Positions 49,240-64,000 of a stretch of DNA of 64,000 bases are shown piece after piece (within the stretch, counting starts at the first letter, position 1; each line of letters begins with the position of its first letter). The notes under the pieces were generated by a model. That model was not told the origin of the DNA. It saw only the letters and a program-made list of their open reading frames with translations, and did no database searches. The position numbers were made by a program, and so were the translations under genes. The stretch comes from Eledone cirrhosa (taxonomy: Eukaryota). The stretch is taken from assembly GCA_964016885.1 (NCBI GenBank), contig OZ024742.1, forward strand, positions 10,168,001 to 10,232,000. The letters run 5' to 3'.

Positions 49240-52200
49240 GGTGGAGTGGTGTAGTGGAGAGTAGTTTATAGTGTGGTGCAGTGGTGTAGTGGAGGGGGGT
49301 GGTATAGTGTAGTGGAGGGTGGGGTATAGTGTGGTGGAGTGGTGTAGTGGAGGGTGGGGTATAGTGTGGTGGAGTGGTGTATTGGAGGGTGGCTTATAGT
49401 GTGGTGCAGTGGTGTAGTGGAGGGGGTGGTATAGTGTAGTGGAGGGTGGGGTATAGTGTGGTGGAGGGTGGGGTATAGTGTGGTGGAGTGAAGGATGGGG
49501 TATAGTGTGGTGGAGTGGAGAGTGTGGTATAGTGTAGTGGAGTGGTGTAGTGGAGGGTGGGATATAGAATGGTGGAGTGGTGTAGTGTAGGGTGGGGTAT
49601 AGTGTGGTGGAGTTGTGTAGTGAAGGGTGGGGTATTGTGTGGTCGAGTGGTGGAGTGGAGGGTGGGGTATAATGTGGTGGAGTGGAGAGTGGGGTATAGT
49701 GTGGTGGAGTGGTGTAGTGGAGGGTGAGGTATAGTGTGGTGGAGTTGTGTAGTGAAGGGTGGGGTATTGTGTGGTCGAGTGGTGGAGTGGAGGGTGGGGT
49801 ATAATGTGGTGGAGTGGAGAGTGGGGTATAGTGTGGTGGAGTGGTGTAGTGGAGGGTAGGGTATAGTGTGGTGGAGTTGTGTAGTGGAGGGTGGGGTATA
49901 GTGTGGTGGAGTGGTGGAGTGGAGGGTGGGATATAGTGTGGTGGAGTGGTGTAGTGGAGTGTGAGGTATAGTGTAGTGGAGGGTGGGGTATAGTGTGGTG
50001 GAGTGGTGTAGTAGAGTGGTGGAGTGGAGGGTGAGGTATAGTGTAGTGGAGGATGGGTTATAGTGTGAAGGAGTGGTGTAGTGGTTGGTGAGGTAAAATG
50101 TGGTGGACTTGTGTAGTGGTGGGCGGGGTATAATGTGGTGGAGTGCTGGAGTGGAGTGTGGGGTATAGTGTGGTGGAGTGGTGGAGTGGAGTGTGGTGTA
50201 TAGTGTGGTAGAGTGGTGGAGTGGAGGATGGGGTATAGTGTGGTGGAGTGGTGTAGTGGAAGGTGGGTTATAGTGTAGTGGATTGGTATAGTGGACGGTG
50301 GGGTATAGTCTGGTGGAGTGCTGGAGTGGAGTGTGGGGTATAGTGTGGTGGAGTGCTGGAATGGAGGGTGAGGTATAGTCTGGTGGAGTGTGGGGTATAG
50401 TGTGGTGGAGGGTGGGGTATACTGTGGTTGAGTGGTGAAGAGGTAGGGTGCGGTATAGTGTGGTGGAGGGTGGGGAATAGTGTGGTGGAGTGGTGTAGTG
50501 TAGTGTGGGTATAGTGTGCTGGAGTGGTGTAGTGGAGGGTGGGGTATAGTGTGGTGGAGTGGTGGAGTGGAGGGTGGTATATAGTTTGGTGGAGTGGTGT
50601 AGTGGAGTGTGAGGTATAGTGTAGTGGAGGGTGGAGTATAGTGTGCTGGAGTGGTGTAGTGGAGGGTGGGATATAGAGTGGTGGAGTGGTGTAGTGTAGG
50701 GTGGTCTATAGTCTAGTGGAGTGGTGGAGGGTGGGGTATTGTGTGGTGGAGTGGAAGGTGGGGTATAGTGTGGTGGAGTGAAGGGTGAGGTATTGTGTGG
50801 TCGAGCGGTGGAGTGGAGGGTGGGGTATAATGTGGTGGAGTGGAGAGTGGGTATAGTGTGGTGGAGTGTTGTATTGGAGGGTGAGGTATAGTGTGGTGGA
50901 GTGGTGTAGTGGAGGGTGGTGTATAGTGTGGTGGAGTTGTGTGGTGGAGGGTGGGGTATAGTGTGGTGGAGTGGTGGAGTGGAGGGTGGGATATAGTGTG
51001 GTGGAGTGGTGTAGGGGAGTGTGAGGTATAGTGTAGTGGAGGGTGGGGTATAGTGTGGTGGAGTGGTGTAGTAGAGTGGTGGAGTGGAGGGTGAGGTATA
51101 GTGTAGTGGAGGATGGGTTATAGTGTGAAGGAGTGATGTAGTGGAGGGTGAGGTAGAATGTGGTGGACTTGTGTAGCGGAGGGCGGGATATAATGTGGTG
51201 GAGTGCTGGAGTGGAGTGTGGGGTATAGTGTGGTGGAGTGGTGGAGTGGAGTGTGGTGTATAGTGTGGTAGAGTGATGGAGTGGAGGATGGGGTATAGTG
51301 TGGTGGAGTGGTGTAGTGGAAGGTGGGTTATAGTGTAGTGGAGTGGTATAGTGGACGGTGGGGTATAGTCTGGTGGAGTGCTGGAGTGGAGTGTGGGGTA
51401 TAGTGTGGTGGAGTGCTGGAATGGAGGTTGAGGTATAGTCTGGTGGAGTGTGGGGTATAGTGTGGTGGAGGGTGGGGTATACTGTGGTGGAGTGGTGGAG
51501 TGGAGAGTGGGGTATAGTGTGGTGGAGGGTGGAGTAGAGTGTAGTGGAGAGTGGGATATAGTGCGGTGGAGTGCTGGAATGGAGGTTGAGGTATAGTCTG
51601 GTGGAGTGTGGGGTATAGTGTGGTGGAGGGTGGGGTATACTGTGGTGGAGTGGTGGAGTGGAGAGTGGGGTATAGTGTGGTGGAGGGTGGAGTAGAGTGT
51701 AGTGGAGAGTGGGATATAGTGCGGTGGAGTGGTTTAGTGGACGGTGGGGTATAGTGTGGTGGAGTGGTATAGTTGAGGGTGGGGTGTAGTGTAGTGGAGT
51801 GGTATAGTGGACGGTGAGGTATAGTGTGGTGGAGTGCTGGATTGGAGTGCGGGGTATAGTGTGGTGGAGTGCTGGAGTAGAGTGTGGGGTATAATGTGGT
51901 GGAGTGGTGGAGTGGAATGTGGTGTATAGTGTGGTAGAGTGGTGGAGTGGAAGGTGGGGTATAGTGTAGTTGAGTGGTATAGTGGACGGTGGGGTATAGT
52001 GTGGTGGAGTGCTGGAGTGGAGGATGGGGTATAGTGTGGTGGAGTGCTGGAGTGGAGTGTGGGGTATAGTGTGGTGGAGTGGTGGAGTGGAGTGTGAAGT
52101 ATAGTGTGGTAGAGTGGTGGAGTGGAGGATTGAGTATAGTATGGTGCAGTGGTGTAGTGGAAGGTGGGGTGGAGGGTGGGGTATAGTGTGGTGGAGTGGT

Positions 52201-52262
52201 TTAGTGGAGGGTGGGGTATAGTGTAGTGGAGTGGTGTAGTGTAGGGTGGGGTATAGTGTAGT
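49240..52262. repeat. Degenerate G-rich minisatellite (about 25-35 bp, GAGGGTGGGGTATAGTGTGGTGGAGTGGTGTAGTG)
   Basis: Recurring GGGGTATAGTGTGGTGGAGT core with variable numbers of 5-bp subunits. Confidence 0.92.
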
Positions 52263-53033
52263 AAACTTATGATTAAATTTTTGAAAGGTTCTTTTGAAAG
52301 ATACGAAAAACCACTATTTTCATATCTTCCATTACCCCTACATCTTCCAATATTCTAATGATGTTTAATACCTATGTATTTTCTTATATATACAATCATT
52401 TATATTATTTATATATATGTGGAATAATTATGTCTTATATTTTAATTATATTTTAAGATGAATTTTTATAACTATCCTTGGAGTCATTTGGGTTTTTAAA
52501 AATCCCTTTTAACTTCCTTTAAACTTCCTTATTGTTTTTATAATCTTAATCTTTATAGTCTTAATGTATAGTCGAAATTGTAAATTGTTTTAATATATAC
52601 TCCTAATTAAATAACTTTTTTCCTTTCTAAACGCTCGTAAATCTTCATAAATATTTGATGTTTTAGATTTGACTTACAACTATTAATAAACTCTGGCTAA
52701 ATATAATTTTGCCAAACTTACTTTAATCAATTAAACTATACTTGGTTTTTTTCCAATGCAAAATACTATACATTCAAATAATTTATAACCTATAACTTAA
52801 AATACCCATCTAAACCTACATAGTATTAATACATCTTAATAAATTTTAAATACCTCTTTTTGTAATATTTCTTATTGTAATTAATTAAATTTTAATTAAA
52901 TTCTAATTAAATTTTAATTAAATTTCTGGTTAAATTTTTAACTAAATTATAACAATATTCTTTTTTAAAGATTTTTTATCAATAATTTAATTTTTTAACT
53001 TTACTTTTATAAATAATATAAACACAACATAAT

Positions 53034-53207
53034 TGTTTCTACTTTAGGCACAAGGCCAGCAAATACCCAGTGCATTACTGGTACTTTATTTTATCGACCC
53101 CGTAAGGATGAAAGGCAAAGTCAACCTCGGTGGGATTTGAACTCAGATCATAAAGGGACGTAACTATGCTGGAAAGCATGGTGTCCGACCCTCTACCGAT
53201 ACTGCCA
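53034..53207 (-). mobile_element. SINE family A with TSD
   Basis: Same core; AAACACAACATAAT on both sides (about 53020-53033 and 53208-53221). Confidence 0.88.
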
Positions 53208-53922
53208 AAACACAACATAATGATGATATATTTATATTCTGACTACTCCTCTATATAAATTTATTTCTTCGCTCCATCGCCCCTCTTTCTCTTTCTCTTT
53301 CTTCTCTCTCCCTCTCAATACTCTTTCTCCCTCTCTTTTTTTCAATATTATTTTCAATATTCTTTTCTCTCTCCCTCTCAATGCTTTTTCCTTTCTCTCT
53401 CTATCTCAATATTTGTTCTTTCCTTCACTCTTTCTCAATATTATATCTTTTCTCTTTTTTCTTCTACCTCTCTATTTCTCTTCTCTTCTCTCTCCACTTT
53501 CACTATTCTATCTCCCTCCCTTTCAATATATTTTTCTCTTTATCTCTCTCCCTCTCAATGTTTTGTCTCTCTCCCTTTTACATTTATCTTGTCTCTCTCC
53601 CTTTTACATCTATTTTGTCTCTCTCCATTTTACATCTATTTTATTCCAACAGTTTAATTTAAATAAACCGTTGTTTTTTTTCAATTTTTCCGACACTCAT
53701 TTGCATACTCACTCACTAATTTGTATCACCCTCAATTATCTCCACTATCCAGCGAATTTTAACCTTTGAGGTTGTCTTTTTTCCCGGTATGTCAATATTT
53801 ATTTATAAAACAAATCTGTATTTTATCTGATGAAAGCGCACCATAATTTACCTTGGTCGTCCTTGAAATATATATAATAAAATAATTATGGTTTTATAAA
53901 TATAGTTTCCATTTATTAATAT

Positions 53923-54033
<111 letters not shown>

Positions 54034-54412
54034 CTCAAGTATGTGTAGAAGATTGTATATTGTATATAATAGTATATAATTGCTATGAAACCTTATTCGA
54101 ATAATTTGACGTAGAACTCGTTTGAAAGATGTGTAAGGAATAATGTTAAAATGATTTAAAAGCTCCGTCAATGGACCATACTCAGGCCAGACAACTTGCA
54201 AATAGAATGTTTTTCTATATTCGCTCTGATATTCCTTCCTGCACTTTGTCTTTTCTCAGTTCAACTTCCAAGGACGGCAATTTTGAATTTTATCCTTTCG
54301 AGTTCGATAAGAAATAGTACAAGTAAAGAACTAGGGTCGATTCCATCTCCTCATCCCTCTCCTCTTCTCTCTTTCTCTCTCTCTCGCTGTCTGTCTTTCT
54401 CTCTCCCTCCCT

Positions 54413-54473
<61 letters not shown>

Positions 54474-55046
54474 CTCTCTCTCTCGTTCTCTGGAAGAAAC
54501 GGGCTGTTTCCCAACCTAGTGACGGGATGGGCTCCACCTGGTAACGGGATGGACTCCACCAGGTTTAAAACACCCAAGTCACGCCCTATGTCAAAATGGC
54601 GTTTCTACGACTCCAACTCCAGCAGCAGTTACGGTTCCATACATACAAACAACATCAATAAAACCCCAGAAAGCATTACATTAAACTATAAAACATACAT
54701 TTCATCCGGAGAAGTCAGTTCTTGTCTTATCTGTTTACTAAAGTATGGATGAGCGAAATTGTTACAAGATCTAATCCTAAAACACCGGGTAAGTTAATGG
54801 GTTCAACTTTATTTAAAGAAAATTGCTTAGCTTGAGGACGGAGACCCGGGTAAGATAGATTTCTGATTAGTAATGTCATAATTAGTAATGTTAATTTATA
54901 CTAAATTATATTACATTAATCTAAAATTAAGTGACAACAAGATGGCGTTCTGTTAGGTAAAGTTATAATTGATTAAATTTAATATAATGGGATAATATTG
55001 ACTGGAAAGGTGACGTCAGCATTCGGTGATCAGAATGGTGGGGGGT

Positions 55047-55500
55047 GTAAAAGTCAAACTCGCTATCTTCAACATGGTATTCGTTCTAGCCCTTACTTAT
55101 GTTCATGAATCTTGGGAAATGACCGAAAGAATACGATCGCGAATACAAGCGGTCGAAATGGGGTTCCTCCGAAGGGTCTTAGTGTGACGTTATTTGATAG
55201 AGTGCGTAGTTTGGAGATCAGAGAGTCACTCCAGGTAGAGCCACTACTTCTCCGAATTGAGAGATCATATGGACATGTGGTTAGAATGTCTCCGATAATA
55301 TGGGTACGTGGTTAGAATGTCTCGGTAGATAATCGCTGGACAGATTTGTAGCTCGGAGATGAGAGAGTTACTCCAGGTAGAGCTGCTACATCTCCGAATT
55401 GAGAGATCACAGATCCGATACTATGGACACGTGGTTAGAATGTCTCGGTAGATAATCGCTGGACAGATTTTACGGGCAAAGCCAACCGGCAGAAGGCTCA
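55047..55500 (+). mobile_element. RTE-clade LINE fragment (Rex3/Expander-like C-terminus) with internal duplication
   Basis: Translates as KVKLAIFNMVFVLALTYVHESWEMTERIRSRIQAVEMGFLRR and DRVRSLEIRESLQVEPLLLRIERS.YGHVVRM; the last part is repeated at about 55345-55470. Confidence 0.8.
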
Positions 55501-55508
55501 GGTGGTGA

Positions 55509-55865
<357 letters not shown>

Positions 55866-56989
55866 ATGCAAGAAAGAGTAAACGCTGTGAACGTGAAATG
55901 CGGAAAGCAGAAATTCGGTTAACTTAGACATGTCAGAAGTTCCACAGACAACAGGTGGAACCATGCAACTGTCAATTGCTATCCAAGATATTGGAGAAAA
56001 CAATGACTTGTAATTCCTCCACGACTATTGAAAGACAACACAGTCAAACTATCAGGAACAACATGGAAATAAAGGTTACCGTCAAGGAAAGAATAAAAAT
56101 ACATTTGACAGTTTGGTAGATCCAAAGATTTGAGGGGTAATATTTCTTAATTTAACCAGTTTATTATAATTATATAATAATTCTAATTAATTTAAAGGAG
56201 TATTAGAAATACTAACTAAATTATGAGTGATTCCTTTAGTTAGCAGAACATAAACCAAATTAATATTGGCTATACTCACCTTCAACGAATTAAACTACAT
56301 TACGTAATGTCAGATTAACCTAAATTGTATTAAGTAAAATTGAGGTGGGATTCTAATTAAATGATTCACACTAATCACTAATAAAACCAATTTTCCCTAA
56401 ATTAAAATTGCATTAGATAAAAATTTGATAGAGTTACAGGGAATAGGAATTTTATATTGTTAACTGGTAGTATTAAAATGGGAATTACAAATAATTATTA
56501 GGTGTAAATTGTACGCTGGAAGATTCCGTAAGATTGGTCGGGCTTAGTAATATATTAACAGTTATCTCCACTTAGCTGGAAAGAGAATAATGGTGCAGAA
56601 TTCTGGTGCTACCATTGCCAGTTGTCTTCACCGGATTAAAGTATTTCAAGGAAACACTCTTATCATATCGAGGCCTCAGAGATTAGTAAGTCCATCTAGG
56701 AATCTAACTTATAAGTGTTATAGTATATTTAGATCTACAAAGAAAAAGGATCTGGATGTAGATATTGACTGTAACCCATTTGGTGCACTATTCAGGTGGT
56801 ATGTTTTAATAGGTTGGAAGTAAATTAATAGAACCAGAGTGTGGAATGTGTTAGGTTATAGCGATATTAAAGGTTAAGTCATTCAGATTCGTTTTCCTCA
56901 TACTGTGGTCCTCAATATATCGCTATTTTACTTGGAGCCCAATATGGCTTCATTGTTTAAATACATCTTTAAACGTGTTTGTAAGGCAT

Positions 56990-57260
56990 CTAATATTTCT
57001 ATTTAGAACCTGTGTTTTTTGTTAAGAAAATTTGCATAGCTTCTTCCGTACATATGCGGTATATCTGTTAATTTCTTGCGTATGACATAACATTCGTTAA
57101 TCATATTTAATCGAGTTGGTAGGTCTTTTGGCTTTCCTTGTGCTATCGTATATAGCTGGAGAGTGTATTGCGTTTCTTCATTTTGGATTTTGAAAGGAGT
57201 GTAGATGTATGTTGATTATATCAACATACATCTACATATTTAGGCAGAAATTTAATAGGA
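56990..57260 (-). mobile_element. Possible highly decayed Penelope GIY-YIG fragment
   Basis: Minus strand gives HLHSFQNPK.RN...LSSYI and ICTEEAMQIF, echoing HRHTFRNPARRHATTLSGHI and LCSEETLQML of element 1; many stops and frameshifts. Confidence 0.35.
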
Positions 57261-58002
57261 TGAGACCAGTTAAAGTCTAAATATTTGATCTAATCGCTAT
57301 ATCTGATATTGTGGGTACTATTAAGTCTAGATAGATTTGCCGATATAAATAGTATGCAAAGCTGTGTATTCTGGAAGAAGAGAGCCCAACTGTATTTCGG
57401 CAGAAAATTTCGGTTAAACATTCTGATTTGAAGACTTACATTTACAAATATTGTTTTATTTGTGTTCGAGTAAGTAGGCAGAATCCATGATATTAATGTG
57501 TGTGTGTGGGGGGGGGGGGTCTCCGGGATTACTTTTCGATGCGATTCATTCACACGAATGCGTTCTAGTATCGGGTGTAGGGCTGCCTAACAGCACCCAT
57601 TTGGTATCAACGGGGTTCGCAGAGTATATAAAACGTTGAGAGGGAAATGACAGCTTAACAAGTGTTTATTCATATCTATTTCAATAAACCTTTGTTAAAC
57701 TTTCATTTCACACTCTAATCTATGATTATATACACATATTACATATATGTGTGTCTGTGTGTGTGTGGATGGATGCCTGTGCGTAAGCATGCGCGCGTGT
57801 GTGTATGTGTGGTATGTAGTGTGAATTATGTGGTGTGTGTGAGTGGTGTTGTGTGTGGTGAGTATGTTTATTGTGTGGTTTGTGGTGTGTGCCGTTCATG
57901 TGCATCTCATCAAGGTATATGTTTGCTTAATTTACTCAGACAGAAAGTAATAGCACCGACTACTTGTTTAGTTGTTGAGTACTCATAGTGATCGTGAAAA
58001 CA

Positions 58003-58250
58003 CGTAGAGTAGTAGTTAGAGTGCTGACATCATGATCGTAAGGTCATGAGTTCAATTCCCGACGGTCAGTTGATTCTATGGTCAAGACACTTTCTCACGT
58101 GCTCCAGTTCACTCAGTTGAGCTGTACCTTTAATTCAAGAGGCTGACCTTACCATACCTTGTGTCAAGCTGTATCTCCCTGAGAACTACGTTAAGGTTGC
58201 TTGTGCTTGTGGAACGTTCAGCCACTTACACGTTAATTCCAGGCGCACTC
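58003..58250 (+). mobile_element. Degenerate tRNA-derived SINE (family B-like)
   Basis: GTAGTAGTTAGAGTGCTGAC...GAGTTCAATTCCC (A/B boxes), then CAAGACACTTT...GCTCCAGTTCACTCAG. Confidence 0.6.
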
Positions 58251-58836
58251 GTCGTCGGAACCGAGGAATGTCCATAAATTTATAACTTCCAATCCAGGGC
58301 CCTTGTGGGGCTATAGTTGGGGTACATACATATACATATATGTATATACGCGTATATACATATATATCCAATCTATTACATGGCCATCTCACTCCTGTTG
58401 GAGGAACCCCTCCCTCGTTGACCTCCACCACTTTCTGTTTGGTTTTAGTCATGTCTTCAGGAGTGTGGCCTTACTCACAATACTTGGCCAACTGTGGGTT
58501 GATGAGGCAATTTAATCCATAGTTAGGTTGGATGGCCATTGACTGTGAGGAGTTTATCCATCATTTAACAACTGCTGGGGATCCACTTACTCTAGAACAG
58601 TATCTAGTGAGAGGAGTGGGTTTAGTTGGCGACCACAAACCATGTAGCAAGTTATACTAGGTTATATGGTACCAATAGCAGGCAGAAGTCTGACCTGACC
58701 AATAGATAGCTTAGATGTACTAAAACTCTACATCTTGGCTCATGGGTGCCAATGAACAAAAATAGCTCCTGTTCTTTCTTTAAGCTTCCCAACAGTAGAG
58801 CCACCTAAATCTATGTCTAGTTTCCTTTATAAGACA

Positions 58837-59731
58837 CTAGCAGTAAAGCCCGGCGTTGCTCGGGGTCGCTCAGTAGCTGTGTTAAAGTTACAATGTTAAG
58901 TTTCTTTATTGGCTTAAAAACTGTAGTGTCTACTGTGCAGACTTGCATGTGGTGTTTTTGATTAATATTCCCTCAACCAACAATATGCCTTATGAAGTTA
59001 AGAAAACATAACGATAACCCGAATGTTATAACAAAAGAGGATGCTGGGGATAGAAACTGCACTGGTTATTTATTAACAAAGATCGAAAATGTAAACACTG
59101 CAACGCAGAGAAAAACATTAGCGTAACCAAATTATCAGTTATGTCTGTCTGCACGCCTATATCACCTCTCTGCACGACTGTCTGTCTGCACGCCTATATC
59201 ACCTCTCTGCACGACTGTCTGTCTGCACGCGTATATCACCTCTCTGCACGACTGTCTGTCTGCACGCCTAACGACGAAATATTTGCTTGTTTTACGTAGT
59301 CTTTAAATAGACTTGTTTTCAAGTAAAAATATTGTTTTAAAATGCTTTTAAATGGAAATGAAGCAAAACGGAAGCTTAGTGTTCGAACTGATGAATTTTG
59401 CAGGTCAATATTTTGCTGGCTCGACAACTGTTCGTGTATTGTGTTAATGTCATTTTAAACGCTGAGAAAGCCAGCGTAATTTTTTACGTAAGACGCACAA
59501 TGTAAACAGAACAAAGGGAAATAACTGATAACTTACGCTCAAAAATCGATACATTATATTCGATTTCGTCACATAGGGTGGGTCAATTTGAAATATTTTT
59601 TTTCCGATGTCTTCGCTAGGGCTCAATGTACAAGTATAGCAATTTCGGTGCAATTCCGTCAGAGATTCTAAGAGGAGATGTGTGCCAAAAATCGATAGAC
59701 AGACAGACAACCACAGTTTTATATATATAGA
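58837..59731 (-). mobile_element. Non-autonomous Helitron (895 bp)
   Basis: Minus strand reads A|TCTATATATATAAAAC ... CCCGAGCAACGCCGGGC-TTTACTG-CTAG|T: 5' TC, subterminal GC hairpin, 3' CTAG, inserted between A and T with no TSD. Internal tandem of about 38 bp at 59143-59270. Confidence 0.85.
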
Positions 59732-59786
59732 TTTCCAATTTGGTCACGTCAATAAACGCTGGATATTCTATGGCTAAAGGAATAAT

Positions 59787-59970
59787 TGTCTCTACTTTTG
59801 GCACAAGGGCAGTAATTACCCAGTGCATTACTGGTACTTTATTTTATCGACTCCGTAAGGATGAAAAGCAAAGTTAACCTCGGCGGGATTTGAACTCAGA
59901 CGGTAAAGGGACGTAACTATGCTGGAAAGTATGGAGTCCGACCCTCTCCTGATACTGCCAGTCCACCGCC
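59787..59970 (-). mobile_element. Full-length SINE family A with TSD
   Basis: Same core; AAAGGAATAAT on both sides (about 59776 and 59971). Confidence 0.88.
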
Positions 59971-60574
59971 AAAGGAATAATAGTGTTTAGTTCAAAAACT
60001 GCTGCCGAGGTGAAAAGTCAGCGACACAACGAAATGTCACATAAAATAATGTGTATTAAATATGTTATAATTATTTATGCTGTATATCTGTAGTCGATTC
60101 TTCTTGTATCACCTTACATATTCTTCTTTAAATTGAATTACATAATAATTCGTAGTGCAGCTACTGCTTAAAAGTGATTTTACACACCAGTGATGAAATA
60201 CGTGACCAAACTGAACTACAATTTCACAGAGGATGCTCATATTTGTCTGTGTACGTCATATGCAATTGTGTACACGTGTGAGTGCGTATGTGTTCGCAAT
60301 ATCGAAACATGTATACGTTACAAGACATATAAATATATAACATTCACAGACACATTCAAAATAAGAATTACTTTGAAATCAAGTTACTATGACGGTCAAA
60401 CCACCACCATCACCACCGCCACCACCGCCACCACCGCCACTACCACCACCACCAACACCATCACCATCACCACCGTCACCACTACCGCCACCACTACCGC
60501 AACCACCATCCGCTAGCATAACAAAGAATACTGGTTGAGTTCAAGAATAAACACGACTTTAGTTCTCTAAAGTA

Positions 60575-63850
<3,276 letters not shown>

Positions 63851-64000
63851 TAAACACGTACTTGCACATAACCATTCAGAGAGGGTGTGGGGGTCGAGAT
63901 GCTTTGGGAGTCTTATTTACATAAATATGCATGTTTTCATGGTTTGATATGAGCATCAAACACATATAACACATTCAGAATTACACAAATATATACACAA

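Overview
Repeat-dominated animal genomic DNA with no confidently identifiable host gene. The SINE family and the density of (TA)n/(CA)n/(GATA)n runs suggest a cephalopod such as Octopus, but that is inference. Contents: (1) three long minisatellite arrays (41-bp at 1-5170, 60-bp at 15363-17905, G-rich at 48400-52262). (2) A 17-kb head-to-tail array (22550-39720) of eight Tx1/L1-clade LINE copies from several subfamilies, all on the minus strand and each bounded by (GATA)n; one copy is full length and one has a 15-bp target-site duplication reaching into the microsatellite, pointing to a (GATA)n-targeting family. (3) At least four decayed Penelope-like elements (RT + GIY-YIG) and several non-coding termini, mostly embedded in (TA)n, carrying about ten type I hammerhead ribozyme motifs (three look intact) and repeated fold-back inversions, including a 2.4-kb palindrome. 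(4) tRNA-derived SINEs with TSDs, a non-autonomous Helitron and an RTE fragment. Most ORFs in the track are microsatellite artefacts. Coordinates were read by eye, so boundaries may be off by a few bases.
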